64,000 nt of DNA from Minisyncoccota bacterium (lineage in GTDB: Bacteria > Patescibacteriota > Minisyncoccia > UBA6257 > 2-01-FULL-56-20). Location of the stretch: contig DATKNI010000021.1 in assembly GCA_035541415.1 (NCBI GenBank), positions 708-64,707 of the forward strand, given 5' to 3'. The notes beneath the pieces are model-generated. The model was not told where the DNA came from, did not search any database, and worked only from the letters and a program-made list of their open reading frames with translations. Below are positions 55,769 through 64,000 of this stretch, piece by piece. Each line of letters opens with the position of its first letter. The first letter of the stretch is position 1. Position numbers and translations under genes: made by a program.

Positions 55769-56512
55769 ATGGCAAAAGATATCATCCAATGTTCCAACAT
55801 AACGAAGATATATAATACCGGTGGCATCGAAACGGTCGTTCTTAAAGGAATAACGTTTTCGGTGAAAGAGGGCGAGTTTGTGGCGATCATGGGGCCGTCG
55901 GGCTCCGGGAAATCCACGCTCATGCACATCATCGGCGCGCTCGATACGCCGACCGGCGGGAGCTATTTCCTGGACGGCAAGGACCTCTCAAAATTGTCCG
56001 ACGATGAACTCGCTGATATCCGTCGCGAAAAAATCGGATTCGTCTTCCAAGCCTTCAATCTTTTGCCGCGCACCACGGTGCTGCGCAATGTCGAGCTGCC
56101 GCTCATTTATGAAGGCGTGGACAAAGAAAAGCGCGCACGGGTTGCGAAGAAGGCGCTCACAAACGCGGCGTTCCCCGAACGGTTCTGGTTCCACCACTCA
56201 AACCAGCTTTCCGGCGGCATGATGCAGCGCGTTGCGATTGCCCGATCGCTCGTAAACGATCCGTCGATCATCCTCGCCGACGAACCGACCGGCAACCTCG
56301 ATTCGCACACGGGCGAGATCGTTTTGAACACGTTCCAATCGCTCAACTTGCAGCACGGCAAGACGATCGTCCTCATCACGCACGAACTTTACGTTGCGGA
56401 ACATGCCGACCGCATCATCCATATCCTTGACGGCAAAATATTAAAAGAAGAAGCCAACCACCACAAACGGATCGCAAAACACGAACCAGAACCCTTAACG
56501 TCGGCCTTTTAA
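55769..56512 (+). CDS. MacB/LolD-type ABC ATPase
   Basis: [41 protein letters not shown]. Confidence 0.95.
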   Translation: MAKDIIQCSNITKIYNTGGIETVVLKGITFSVKEGEFVAIMGPSGSGKSTLMHIIGALDTPTGGSYFLDGKDLSKLSDDELADIRREKIGFVFQAFNLLPRTTVLRNVELPLIYEGVDKEKRARVAKKALTNAAFPERFWFHHSNQLSGGMMQRVAIARSLVNDPSIILADEPTGNLDSHTGEIVLNTFQSLNLQHGKTIVLITHELYVAEHADRIIHILDGKILKEEANHHKRIAKHEPEPLTSAF

Positions 56513-56517
56513 CAACC

Positions 56518-57765
56518 ATGAAGACAGAAGATTTATTTGAAGAAACCTATAGCGCCATCACGGTGAATAAAGTCCGTTCCGGACTCACCATGCTTGGCAT
56601 TGTGATCGGCATCGCGTCGGTTATCGCGATGGTTTCGATCGGGCAGGGGACGCAGGCTTCGATTTCGGCGAGCATCAATTCGCTCGGCGCTAATTTGCTC
56701 ATCGTGATGCCGGGCGCGCAGCGGTCGTTCGGCTCTACGGTAAGTTCCGGCCTCGGCAGCTCGCACACGCTTACGCCGGACGATGCGAACGCGATCGGTT
56801 CGAGCGTGCAGAATGTCGCAGCCGTTTCACCTTCGGTCACGGCGCGCGAGCAGGTTGTTTATAAAGGAAACAATACGAACGTCACCGTGACGGGCGCCGT
56901 GTCGGCGTATCCGCAGGTGCGAAACGTGCAGATCGATGAAGGATCGTTCATAAGCGATACCGACAATGCCGACGCAAACCGCGTGGCGGTGATCGGCCCC
57001 ACGGTATTGCAAACGCTATGGAATCCGCAGGGTACGGCGACGGCGACGCCCGACCAGGCGATCGGGCAGATTATCCGCATCGGCGGGCAGAATTTTACGG
57101 TGATCGGCGTGACGGTTTCAAAGGGAGGCAGCGGTTTTGCCAACCAGGATAACGTCATCTACGTGCCGCTTCTCTCCGCCCAGCGATATTTCATCGGGGA
57201 TACGTCATATGTGACCGAAATCGATATCGAGGCCGCAAGCCAGCAATCGATGACCCAAGTGCAGAATGACGTCACAAACCTGCTGCTTGAGCGCCATAAT
57301 ATCGCCGATCCGACATCTGCCGACTTCAACATATTGAATCAAGCGGATATCGTGCAAACCGCATCAAGCGTCACGAATACGTTCACACTGCTTCTTGCTT
57401 CGATTGCCGCCATCTCGCTTCTTGTGGGCGGCATCGGCATCATGAACATGATGCTCACGACGGTCACGGAGCGCACGCGCGAGATCGGCTTGCGCAAGGC
57501 AATCGGGGCGAAAAAAGCCGACATCACGCTCCAGTTTTTGGGCGAGTCGGTGATGCTCACGTTCGCCGGCGGCCTCGTGGGCGTTGTGCTCGGCTGGGTC
57601 GCGTCAATTGCGATTTCGTATTTCTCGGGAATTACGACCACGGTTTCGATTCCGTACGTGCTTCTCGCATTCGGCGTATCGGCGGCGATCGGCATTATCT
57701 TCGGCTATTATCCCGCAAAGCGCGCGGCCTCCCTCAATCCAATCGAGGCGTTGCGTTATGAATAA
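56518..57765 (+). CDS. MacB-like (FtsX-domain) ABC permease
   Basis: RSGLTMLGIVIGIASV, GGIGIMNMML..VTERTREIGLRKAIGA, PIEALRYE. Confidence 0.95.
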   Translation: MKTEDLFEETYSAITVNKVRSGLTMLGIVIGIASVIAMVSIGQGTQASISASINSLGANLLIVMPGAQRSFGSTVSSGLGSSHTLTPDDANAIGSSVQNVAAVSPSVTAREQVVYKGNNTNVTVTGAVSAYPQVRNVQIDEGSFISDTDNADANRVAVIGPTVLQTLWNPQGTATATPDQAIGQIIRIGGQNFTVIGVTVSKGGSGFANQDNVIYVPLLSAQRYFIGDTSYVTEIDIEAASQQSMTQVQNDVTNLLLERHNIADPTSADFNILNQADIVQTASSVTNTFTLLLASIAAISLLVGGIGIMNMMLTTVTERTREIGLRKAIGAKKADITLQFLGESVMLTFAGGLVGVVLGWVASIAISYFSGITTTVSIPYVLLAFGVSAAIGIIFGYYPAKRAASLNPIEALRYE

Positions 57766-57794
57766 AAGGTCATCATAAAAATAATTAAAAAATC

Positions 57795-58256
57795 ATGAAA
57801 AAAATTTGGGTTGCAGTTATTGCCGTTGCGTGCGCGGGCGTGTTCTTCTATGTGGGCATGGTTTACGGCAAGAGCTTGACGGGTTCGTCCGCAGGCGCGG
57901 GCGGCCGCAATTTTGCATTCGGATCGTCGACAACGCGCGCATTCGGGCGCGGCGGCGCGAATGGCGGAGGGGGAGCGATGGGCCAGATTATTTCAGTGAA
58001 CGGCAACAGCATGACGTTGCAATTGGCGAACGGAAACTCCCAGGTGGTTTTCTACGCGACATCCACTCCCGTCATTGAACCGACGTCCGTTCCTGCGGCG
58101 GCATTAAAAAATGGAATGCAGGTCGTCGTTACGGGGAGCGAGAATTCTGATGGAAGTCTTACGGCGCAGGGAATCCAGATCCGCCCGCCCGGCTTTTTCG
58201 GCGGGGCAGGAAATGGCGGAGTGCCCGTAGGCGGATCGCAGATCAACCAACAATAA
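57795..58256 (+). CDS. Membrane-anchored Gly-rich DUF5666-like protein
   Basis: FFYVGMVYG, GQIISVNGNSMTLQL, LKNGMQVVVTGSENSDGSLTAQGIQI. Confidence 0.7.
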   Translation: MKKIWVAVIAVACAGVFFYVGMVYGKSLTGSSAGAGGRNFAFGSSTTRAFGRGGANGGGGAMGQIISVNGNSMTLQLANGNSQVVFYATSTPVIEPTSVPAAALKNGMQVVVTGSENSDGSLTAQGIQIRPPGFFGGAGNGGVPVGGSQINQQ

Positions 58257-58290
58257 AAAGAAAAGACAATCGCATTGATGCGGCTGTCTT

Positions 58291-58866
58291 TTATCGTGCG
58301 GAGGGTTTGCCGGAAACCCACAGGCCGAATGCGGTGAGGAAGAAACTGCCGACCAGCGCAAAGAGGAGAACGAGGCCAACCTGGAGGGTCAATTCGCTTT
58401 CGCGATTTTCAACTTCACGGAGCGAACGTCCCGCCATGACAAATCCGCCTGCGCCGCCTTTCACGGCGGTGACGACAACGGCGCTTCGTACGCCGGGACG
58501 CGGCTGCCACGTGAATCGGCTTTCGCCGCCCTCAGCTTGCACGGCGGGAAATACGCCGGCCGGGAGTTTCGGCAAGGCATTATCGAGGAGGCCGTCGCCC
58601 GCAACCGGCTGGCCGGAGGCGTCATAGATCACGATGTACGGATCAAGGCTTGAGGAAATATCAATGTTGCCAGCGGGAACGATGCTTGTGTCTCGCATGC
58701 CAAACGCAAGCGCAGAAGCGCCATCTTCGGCGATTTGGATTTGGGGGTCGTTGGCTGACTGGCGGTAATCCTGCTGGACGGCCGCATAAATAAGCCCGCA
58801 GCACGCGCAGATTACGAAAGCGAGCGGTATCCAGCGAATGAGTAAATCCCGCACCATTACGTTCAT
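58291..58866 (-). CDS. Two-TM protein resembling a stand-alone sensor domain
   Basis: TM, QQDYRQSANDPQIQIAED, IVIYDASGQPVAG, GFVMAGRSLREVE, TM; no kinase domain. Confidence 0.75.
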   Translation of the reverse strand: MNVMVRDLLIRWIPLAFVICACCGLIYAAVQQDYRQSANDPQIQIAEDGASALAFGMRDTSIVPAGNIDISSSLDPYIVIYDASGQPVAGDGLLDNALPKLPAGVFPAVQAEGGESRFTWQPRPGVRSAVVVTAVKGGAGGFVMAGRSLREVENRESELTLQVGLVLLFALVGSFFLTAFGLWVSGKPSAR

Positions 58867-58881
58867 TTTATCAAGAATACG

Positions 58882-58890
58882 TTATCCACA
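58882..58890 (+). promoter_or_regulatory. DnaA box
   Basis: Exact TTATCCACA in a divergent intergenic region. Confidence 0.5.
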
Positions 58891-58976
58891 GCGTTTTTGG
58901 TGCGGGAACGCTATATAATAATAGGAAAGCCGCGGTCCTGGCCCGTCTTTGTCATTTAAGTATTAAGCATTCGCCA

Positions 58977-60248
58977 ATGCCGCCCCTGAACCGAACCAAA
59001 AAGGTTTCTCCCTCGAGAACGAGAAAATCGTCTGCATCTGATGCAAGACTGAGAGCGATGCTTGGCGCCAATCGAAGAACCAAAAAATCTCCGGCACGCC
59101 CCGCACCAGTCCGCCTCACGAAGGCGGCGCGGCGCGCCATGCTTCTCGATGAAATCCGCAGGGCGAGAGCCAAGCGGATGCCGGCGATAAAAAAAGAAAT
59201 TCCGATCCGCCATCACGAACTCCGGCGCCACGAGGACAATCCGATCATCGAGCCGCGCGAACATCATTTTTGGGAAATGCGCGCCACATTCAATCCTGGC
59301 GCCGTATACGCCGACAAGCGCGTGCATCTTTTATATCGCGCAATCGGCGGCGACGATGTTTCTGTTCTTGGATATGCATCAAGCAAAGACGGCTTGAACA
59401 TCACCGAGCGCTTGTCTGAGCCGGCGTATGTGCCGACGTCAATCGTCAAGAAGACCAAAGCGATGCGGGCGCAGAAACCGCCGATCGCCTATCTTTCCGG
59501 CGGGGGATGGAACGGCGGCTGCGAAGACCCGCGCCTCACCATGATCGACGACCGCATTTATCTCACCTACACCGCATTCGACGGGTGGGGTTCCGTGCGC
59601 ATTGCGCTCTCGTCGATCAGCGTCGAAGATTTCCTCCGCAAGGAGTGGAACTGGAGGAATCCTGCGCTTATCTCTCCGCCCGGCGAGATCCACAAGAATT
59701 GGATGCTCTTTCCCGAAAAGATCAACGGCAAGTATGCGATCCTGCACAGCATTTCGCCGAATATCCTCATTGATTATTTTGATTCGATTGATGAGCTCGA
59801 AAACGGCCACCGTGTGATCGAGAGCACGCGCACCATGATCCCGCATCCGGAACGGTGGGATAGCTTTGTGCGCGGCGCCGGGCCGCCGCCGATCAAGACG
59901 CGCCTCGGATGGCTGCTCTTCTATCACGCTATCGATATCCGCGATCCGGGCCGCTATAAGCTGGGGGCGATGATTCTCGATGCCGCCGATCCGACGAGGA
60001 TTTTGTATCGCTCGTCGGGTCCGATTCTCGAACCGGAGATGCACTACGAGAATAATGGCATTGCCTCGGGCATCGTATATTCATGCGGCGCCGTGGTGAA
60101 AGACGGCGAGATCTACGTGTATTACGGAGGGAGCGACAGCGTAACCTGCGTCGCCATGGCAAACCTCGAAACCTTTTTAGAGGAACTCCAGCGGTACGGT
60201 GTTCCGAAGCTGCAGCCGGAATCAAACAAGAAACATGCAAATCGTTAA
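58977..60248 (+). CDS. GH130-family glycosidase/phosphorylase with basic N-terminal extension
   Basis: NPIIEP...ATFNPGA, LLYRA, GCEDPR, HKNW.LFPEKING, YYGGSD. Confidence 0.9.
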   Translation: MPPLNRTKKVSPSRTRKSSASDARLRAMLGANRRTKKSPARPAPVRLTKAARRAMLLDEIRRARAKRMPAIKKEIPIRHHELRRHEDNPIIEPREHHFWEMRATFNPGAVYADKRVHLLYRAIGGDDVSVLGYASSKDGLNITERLSEPAYVPTSIVKKTKAMRAQKPPIAYLSGGGWNGGCEDPRLTMIDDRIYLTYTAFDGWGSVRIALSSISVEDFLRKEWNWRNPALISPPGEIHKNWMLFPEKINGKYAILHSISPNILIDYFDSIDELENGHRVIESTRTMIPHPERWDSFVRGAGPPPIKTRLGWLLFYHAIDIRDPGRYKLGAMILDAADPTRILYRSSGPILEPEMHYENNGIASGIVYSCGAVVKDGEIYVYYGGSDSVTCVAMANLETFLEELQRYGVPKLQPESNKKHANR

Positions 60249-62154
60249 GCGTTCCCCTCACAATCCGATTCTTGCGCCGGACCCTACTTCGCCATGGGAA
60301 GCGATGGGTACCTGCAATCCGAGCGTCGTCTATGCCGATGGCAAATATCATATGCTCTATCGGGCTTTTGCGGCCAAACAGAAGATTGGCAACGAAGAGC
60401 TTGAGGTTTCATCCATCGGCCACGCCGTGAGCAAGGATGGCGTATCATTTGGCGAACGGAGCCGGCTCCTCTTCCCGCAATATCCGTGGGAAAAATACGG
60501 CTGCGAAGATCCGCGCGTCACCGAGTTTGAGGGGCGCCATTTCATTTTTTATACCGCCGTCGAGGCGTTCCGCGCCGAAGGCATTAAAGTTGCGGTCGCG
60601 ATCACGCGCGATTTCAAGACGATCGAAGAGCGGCATCTCGTGACGCCATTCAACGCAAAAGCAATGGCGCTTTTCCCGGAACGCGTGAACGGCAAGATCG
60701 CGGCGATCCTTACGATCCACACCGACCAGCCCCCGGCGCGCATCTGCCTTGCCCTCTTTGACACCATCGAAGACCTGTGGTCGCCGGCGTATTGGAAGAA
60801 ATGGTACGCCAATTGGCAGCAGTACGTGATTCCCTTCGAACAGAATTTCGAGCGCGACCAGATTGAAGTCGGTTCCCAGCCGATCAAGACCAAAGCCGGA
60901 TGGCTGCTCTTCTATTCTTATATTTATAATTATTTTTCTCCGCCGCCGATTTTCGGCATCCAGGCAACGCTGCTCGACCTTAAAGATCCGAAAAAAATCG
61001 TTGGCGTCGTGAAGCGCCCGTTCCTCATCCCCGAAGAGGAATATGAACTTTATGGCCGGGTGCCGCACATCGTATTTCCGTCGGGTGCCGTCGCGACGCG
61101 GCGCGACGTCAATTTGTATTACGGAGCCGCCGATACCGTTTCGTGCGTGGCAACCCTGCCGCTCAAGGAGCTTCTGGACCAGCTCACCTTCACGACCCAG
61201 CGCGAGCTTGTCCGGTTCGACGGCAATCCCATTCTCACGCCGATCAAAGACCATCCGTGGGAATCAAAAGCCGTTTTCAATCCCGCGGCGATTTATGAAA
61301 AACACCGCGTCCATATTTTGTATCGCGCGATGGGGGAGGATAATACATCGGTGATGGGGTACGCCGTTTCGAGCGATGGCGTGCACATCGACGAGCGCCT
61401 CGGCGTCCCTGTCTATACGCCGCGCGAGGCATTCGAAGGCAAGGGCGTTCCGGGCGGCAATTCCGGATGCGAAGATCCCCGCCTCACGAAGATCGGCGAC
61501 ACGATCTACATGTGCTACACCGCATACAACGGCAAAGACGTCCCGCGGGTCGCGTTTACGTCGATCAGCGTCGATGATTTCTTGCGCCGCGATTGGAAGT
61601 GGAAAAAACCGGCGCTCATTTCGCCGCCGGGCCTCGACGACAAAGACGCCGTGCTGTTCCCAAAAAAGATAAAAGGGAAGTACTGGTTCTTGCACCGGTT
61701 GGGAACCGATATCTGGATTGATTCCGTGGACGACCTTGCGTTTGATAGCACGAGCAAATTTTTGGGAGGCAAGATCCTGATGCGGCCGCGCGACACCGAA
61801 TGGGATTCGCGCCGCATCGGCGGAACGTCGCCGCCGATCGAGACCGAGTACGGCTGGGTGTGCTTTTATCACGGCATCTCCAAGCGGACCGGCCACTACA
61901 ACGTCCGGGCGGCCCTGCTCGACCTCGATAATCCTTCAAAAGTCCTGTATCGAACGCACGACCCGCTTCTCGAGCCAACAATGGAATACGAAAGGCACGG
62001 CATGGTGAATAACGTAGTTTTCCCGTGCGGCTCGGTGCTCCTCAAGGACAAGCTCTATGTATATTACGGCGGCGCCGACAGCGTGGTCGGCGTGGCGACC
62101 ATCGATATGGATATCCTGATCGATGGTCTTGTCCGGGAAGCGCGCTTACGCTAG
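60235..62154 (+). CDS. Tandem two-domain GH130-family protein
   Basis: Two complete NPIL...NP...LYRA...GCEDPR...VFP.G...YYGxAD units. Confidence 0.9.
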   Translation: MQIVKRSPHNPILAPDPTSPWEAMGTCNPSVVYADGKYHMLYRAFAAKQKIGNEELEVSSIGHAVSKDGVSFGERSRLLFPQYPWEKYGCEDPRVTEFEGRHFIFYTAVEAFRAEGIKVAVAITRDFKTIEERHLVTPFNAKAMALFPERVNGKIAAILTIHTDQPPARICLALFDTIEDLWSPAYWKKWYANWQQYVIPFEQNFERDQIEVGSQPIKTKAGWLLFYSYIYNYFSPPPIFGIQATLLDLKDPKKIVGVVKRPFLIPEEEYELYGRVPHIVFPSGAVATRRDVNLYYGAADTVSCVATLPLKELLDQLTFTTQRELVRFDGNPILTPIKDHPWESKAVFNPAAIYEKHRVHILYRAMGEDNTSVMGYAVSSDGVHIDERLGVPVYTPREAFEGKGVPGGNSGCEDPRLTKIGDTIYMCYTAYNGKDVPRVAFTSISVDDFLRRDWKWKKPALISPPGLDDKDAVLFPKKIKGKYWFLHRLGTDIWIDSVDDLAFDSTSKFLGGKILMRPRDTEWDSRRIGGTSPPIETEYGWVCFYHGISKRTGHYNVRAALLDLDNPSKVLYRTHDPLLEPTMEYERHGMVNNVVFPCGSVLLKDKLYVYYGGADSVVGVATIDMDILIDGLVREARLR

Positions 62155-62180
62155 AATAGTTAAGCAACCTAACTATTCTA
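62152..62180. promoter_or_regulatory. Palindromic operator, probable MarR site
   Basis: TAGAATAGTTA-agcaacc-TAACTATTCTA, perfect 11-bp arms ending on the marR ATG. Confidence 0.7.
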
Positions 62181-62614
62181 TGGAATCGGGCACGCCGGAA
62201 TTATTGTCGCTTTTATTTACTATTGGGCGTTCCATGCGCGAGAGCATGCGCCGGAATATCCAGCGGAACGGGAAACCGGGTTCTTTTTTGCAGTTCGAAA
62301 CGCTCCGGTACGTGAAAGAGCACAAACAGCCGTACATGCGCGACGTCGCCGCGTTTTTCCATATCACGCCGCCTGCGGCGACGCTTCTCATCGACGGCCT
62401 CGTGCGCGAAAAGCTGCTCATGCGCCGGTTTGATCCAAAAGACCGCCGGGCTATCCGGATCGCGCTCACGCCGACTGGCGCGCGGTATCTGAGCAAAGGG
62501 ATCGCGGCGCACCAGAAGCGGCTCGCGGCGCTCTTCAATTCACTGAACGCGGAGGAACGGTCCCAACTCATCAGGATCTTGAGGAAAATATCAAAAACCA
62601 TCACAACGTCATGA
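62180..62614 (+). CDS. MarR-family regulator
   Basis: MRDVAAFFHITPPAATLLIDGLV...DPKDRRAIRIALTPTG. Confidence 0.92.
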   Translation: MESGTPELLSLLFTIGRSMRESMRRNIQRNGKPGSFLQFETLRYVKEHKQPYMRDVAAFFHITPPAATLLIDGLVREKLLMRRFDPKDRRAIRIALTPTGARYLSKGIAAHQKRLAALFNSLNAEERSQLIRILRKISKTITTS

Positions 62615-64000
62615 AAACTTTTTTAATCAAATACAAAACGATTCTCGCCGTAGCGGGCGTCGTGATCGTCGTCGGCGGAACGTATTGGTACGTCGCCTCG
62701 AGCCGACCGCCCGTATTCGGGAGCGTGACTGCGCAGAAGGGCAATGTCACCGCCTCGCTCGATGAACAAGGGACGGTGCTTGCCGAAAACAGCGTAAACC
62801 TTTCGTTCCAGACCGGCGGACAGATTGCGTCGCTTGCCGTGCAGGAAGGGGATCACGTGGGAGCCGGAACCGTGCTTGCGAGCCTTGACACGTCGGCGTT
62901 GAACGCAGCCGTTACCCAGGCGAATGCTGGCATTGCTGCGGCGCAGGCCCAACTCGATTCGCTCCAAAGCGGGACGCGTCCGGAACAGCTTGCGATTGAT
63001 CAAACTGCCGTCGAGAATGCGTCGGCTGCGATCGGCGCCGCGATTGGGAGCGCCTACACTGCGGCGGATGACGCGATCCATAATCAGACCGATGTTCTTT
63101 TCAGCACGCCGAACGGGACGCCTTTATTCCTGATTGCAACGATTAATTCCCAGTCGGCCATTAACATCCAGAGTCAGCGCGTTGCGATCGGAACGTCGCT
63201 TGCGGGTTGGTATGGGGCGATGAATGCCGCGACGAGCAGCGAAACCGAACTTGCAACCCTGGGTCTCACGACGCTCAACCAGATTGCGTCATATTTGAAC
63301 GCGATCGCGCTTGCCGTGAACGAGGCGTTGCCGAACGGCACGATTTCTTCATCGCAGCTCACCACATTCAAAACTGCAGTCGCTGCGGCGCGCACCGAAG
63401 TGAATGCTTCCGTGAGTTCCCTCACGGGCGCGCAGTCCGCGCTCGCAAACGCGCAGGGAGCGCTCGCGCTCGCGCAAGCGGGCGCCACGGCCGAGCAGAT
63501 TGCGGCCCAAAAAGCGCTGGTTCTGCAGGCGCAAGCGGCGGCGCAGAATGCGCAAGTCGCGCTCCAGCATGCTGAGCTCATTGCGCCATTCGACGGCACC
63601 GTTGAGAATCTGACGGCAAAAATCAGCCAGGTCGTCACGCCGGGCGTGCCCGTCGCAGCCGTCGTGAACAACAGCGGCCTCAAAGTCCAAACATTCGTAT
63701 CGGAAGGCGACGTTGCCAAAATCAAGGCCGGCGATTCTGCGAACGTCACGCTTGACGCCTTCGGGACCGGCACCGTGTTCCCGGCGACGATCACGACGAT
63801 CGCATCGCTCGAAACTCAAGTGAACGGCGTTCCGGCGTATGAAGTGACGCTCCATTTTGTGAATCCGCAGCCGAGCATCAAAGACGGCATGACCGGCAAC
63901 ATCCATATCGTGACGGGCGAGCATGACAACGTGGTTGAGGTTCCCACGCGCCTCGTGATTAACGACGGCAACGCCAAGTTCGCCTTGGTCCGGCATGGCG
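62611..64000 (+). CDS. MacA/HlyD-like efflux periplasmic adaptor; 3' end outside the window, not in ORF track
   Basis: ATG overlaps the marR stop; MKTFLIKYK + TM, LSFQTGGQI..VQEGDHV, GTRPEQL, IAPFDGTV, IKDGMTGNIHI. Confidence 0.88.
   Translation, partial: MKTFLIKYKTILAVAGVVIVVGGTYWYVASSRPPVFGSVTAQKGNVTASLDEQGTVLAENSVNLSFQTGGQIASLAVQEGDHVGAGTVLASLDTSALNAAVTQANAGIAAAQAQLDSLQSGTRPEQLAIDQTAVENASAAIGAAIGSAYTAADDAIHNQTDVLFSTPNGTPLFLIATINSQSAINIQSQRVAIGTSLAGWYGAMNAATSSETELATLGLTTLNQIASYLNAIALAVNEALPNGTISSSQLTTFKTAVAAARTEVNASVSSLTGAQSALANAQGALALAQAGATAEQIAAQKALVLQAQAAAQNAQVALQHAELIAPFDGTVENLTAKISQVVTPGVPVAAVVNNSGLKVQTFVSEGDVAKIKAGDSANVTLDAFGTGTVFPATITTIASLETQVNGVPAYEVTLHFVNPQPSIKDGMTGNIHIVTGEHDNVVEVPTRLVINDGNAKFALVRHG

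Noticed and set aside
1-64000. CRISPR array, rRNA, tmRNA, RNase P, SRP RNA, IS elements
   Set aside because: No spaced direct repeats, signature sequences or transposase ORFs recognised by eye

Overview
A 64-kb chromosomal segment of a small-genome bacterium, almost entirely + strand. The gene content suggests Patescibacteria/CPR (Parcubacteria-like); this is an inference from the short ProRS, the zwf-gnd fusion, PGI/PMI, DUF11/CAP/DUF5667/DUF5666 surface proteins and tandem GH130s. The window opens with the 3' part of a large serine recombinase whose stop codon lies inside a convergent tRNA-Gly(CCC), marking the edge of an integrated element. Core genes follow: dnaG, rpoD, nth, uvrB/A/C, tsaC, proS, mreBCD-pbp2, galT-like, rplU, tpiA, murB, hpf, secA, two ECF sigma modules, zwf-gnd, PGI/PMI, a MacAB-like operon, GH130s and marR. 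The most interesting signals are outside the ORF track: (i) a ~230-nt structured leader with terminator/antiterminator alternatives upstream of a CBS-domain operon, plus further candidate leader or small RNAs (murB leader, 43.5 kb, 35.3 kb); (ii) a 25-aa Lys/Arg peptide gene next to hpf; (iii) apparently leaderless transcription of many core genes, while short orphan genes carry strong Shine-Dalgarno sites; (iv) an mpg pseudogene apparently made by a deletion at a 9-bp microhomology. All calls come from manual reading; no database searches or folding programs were run.
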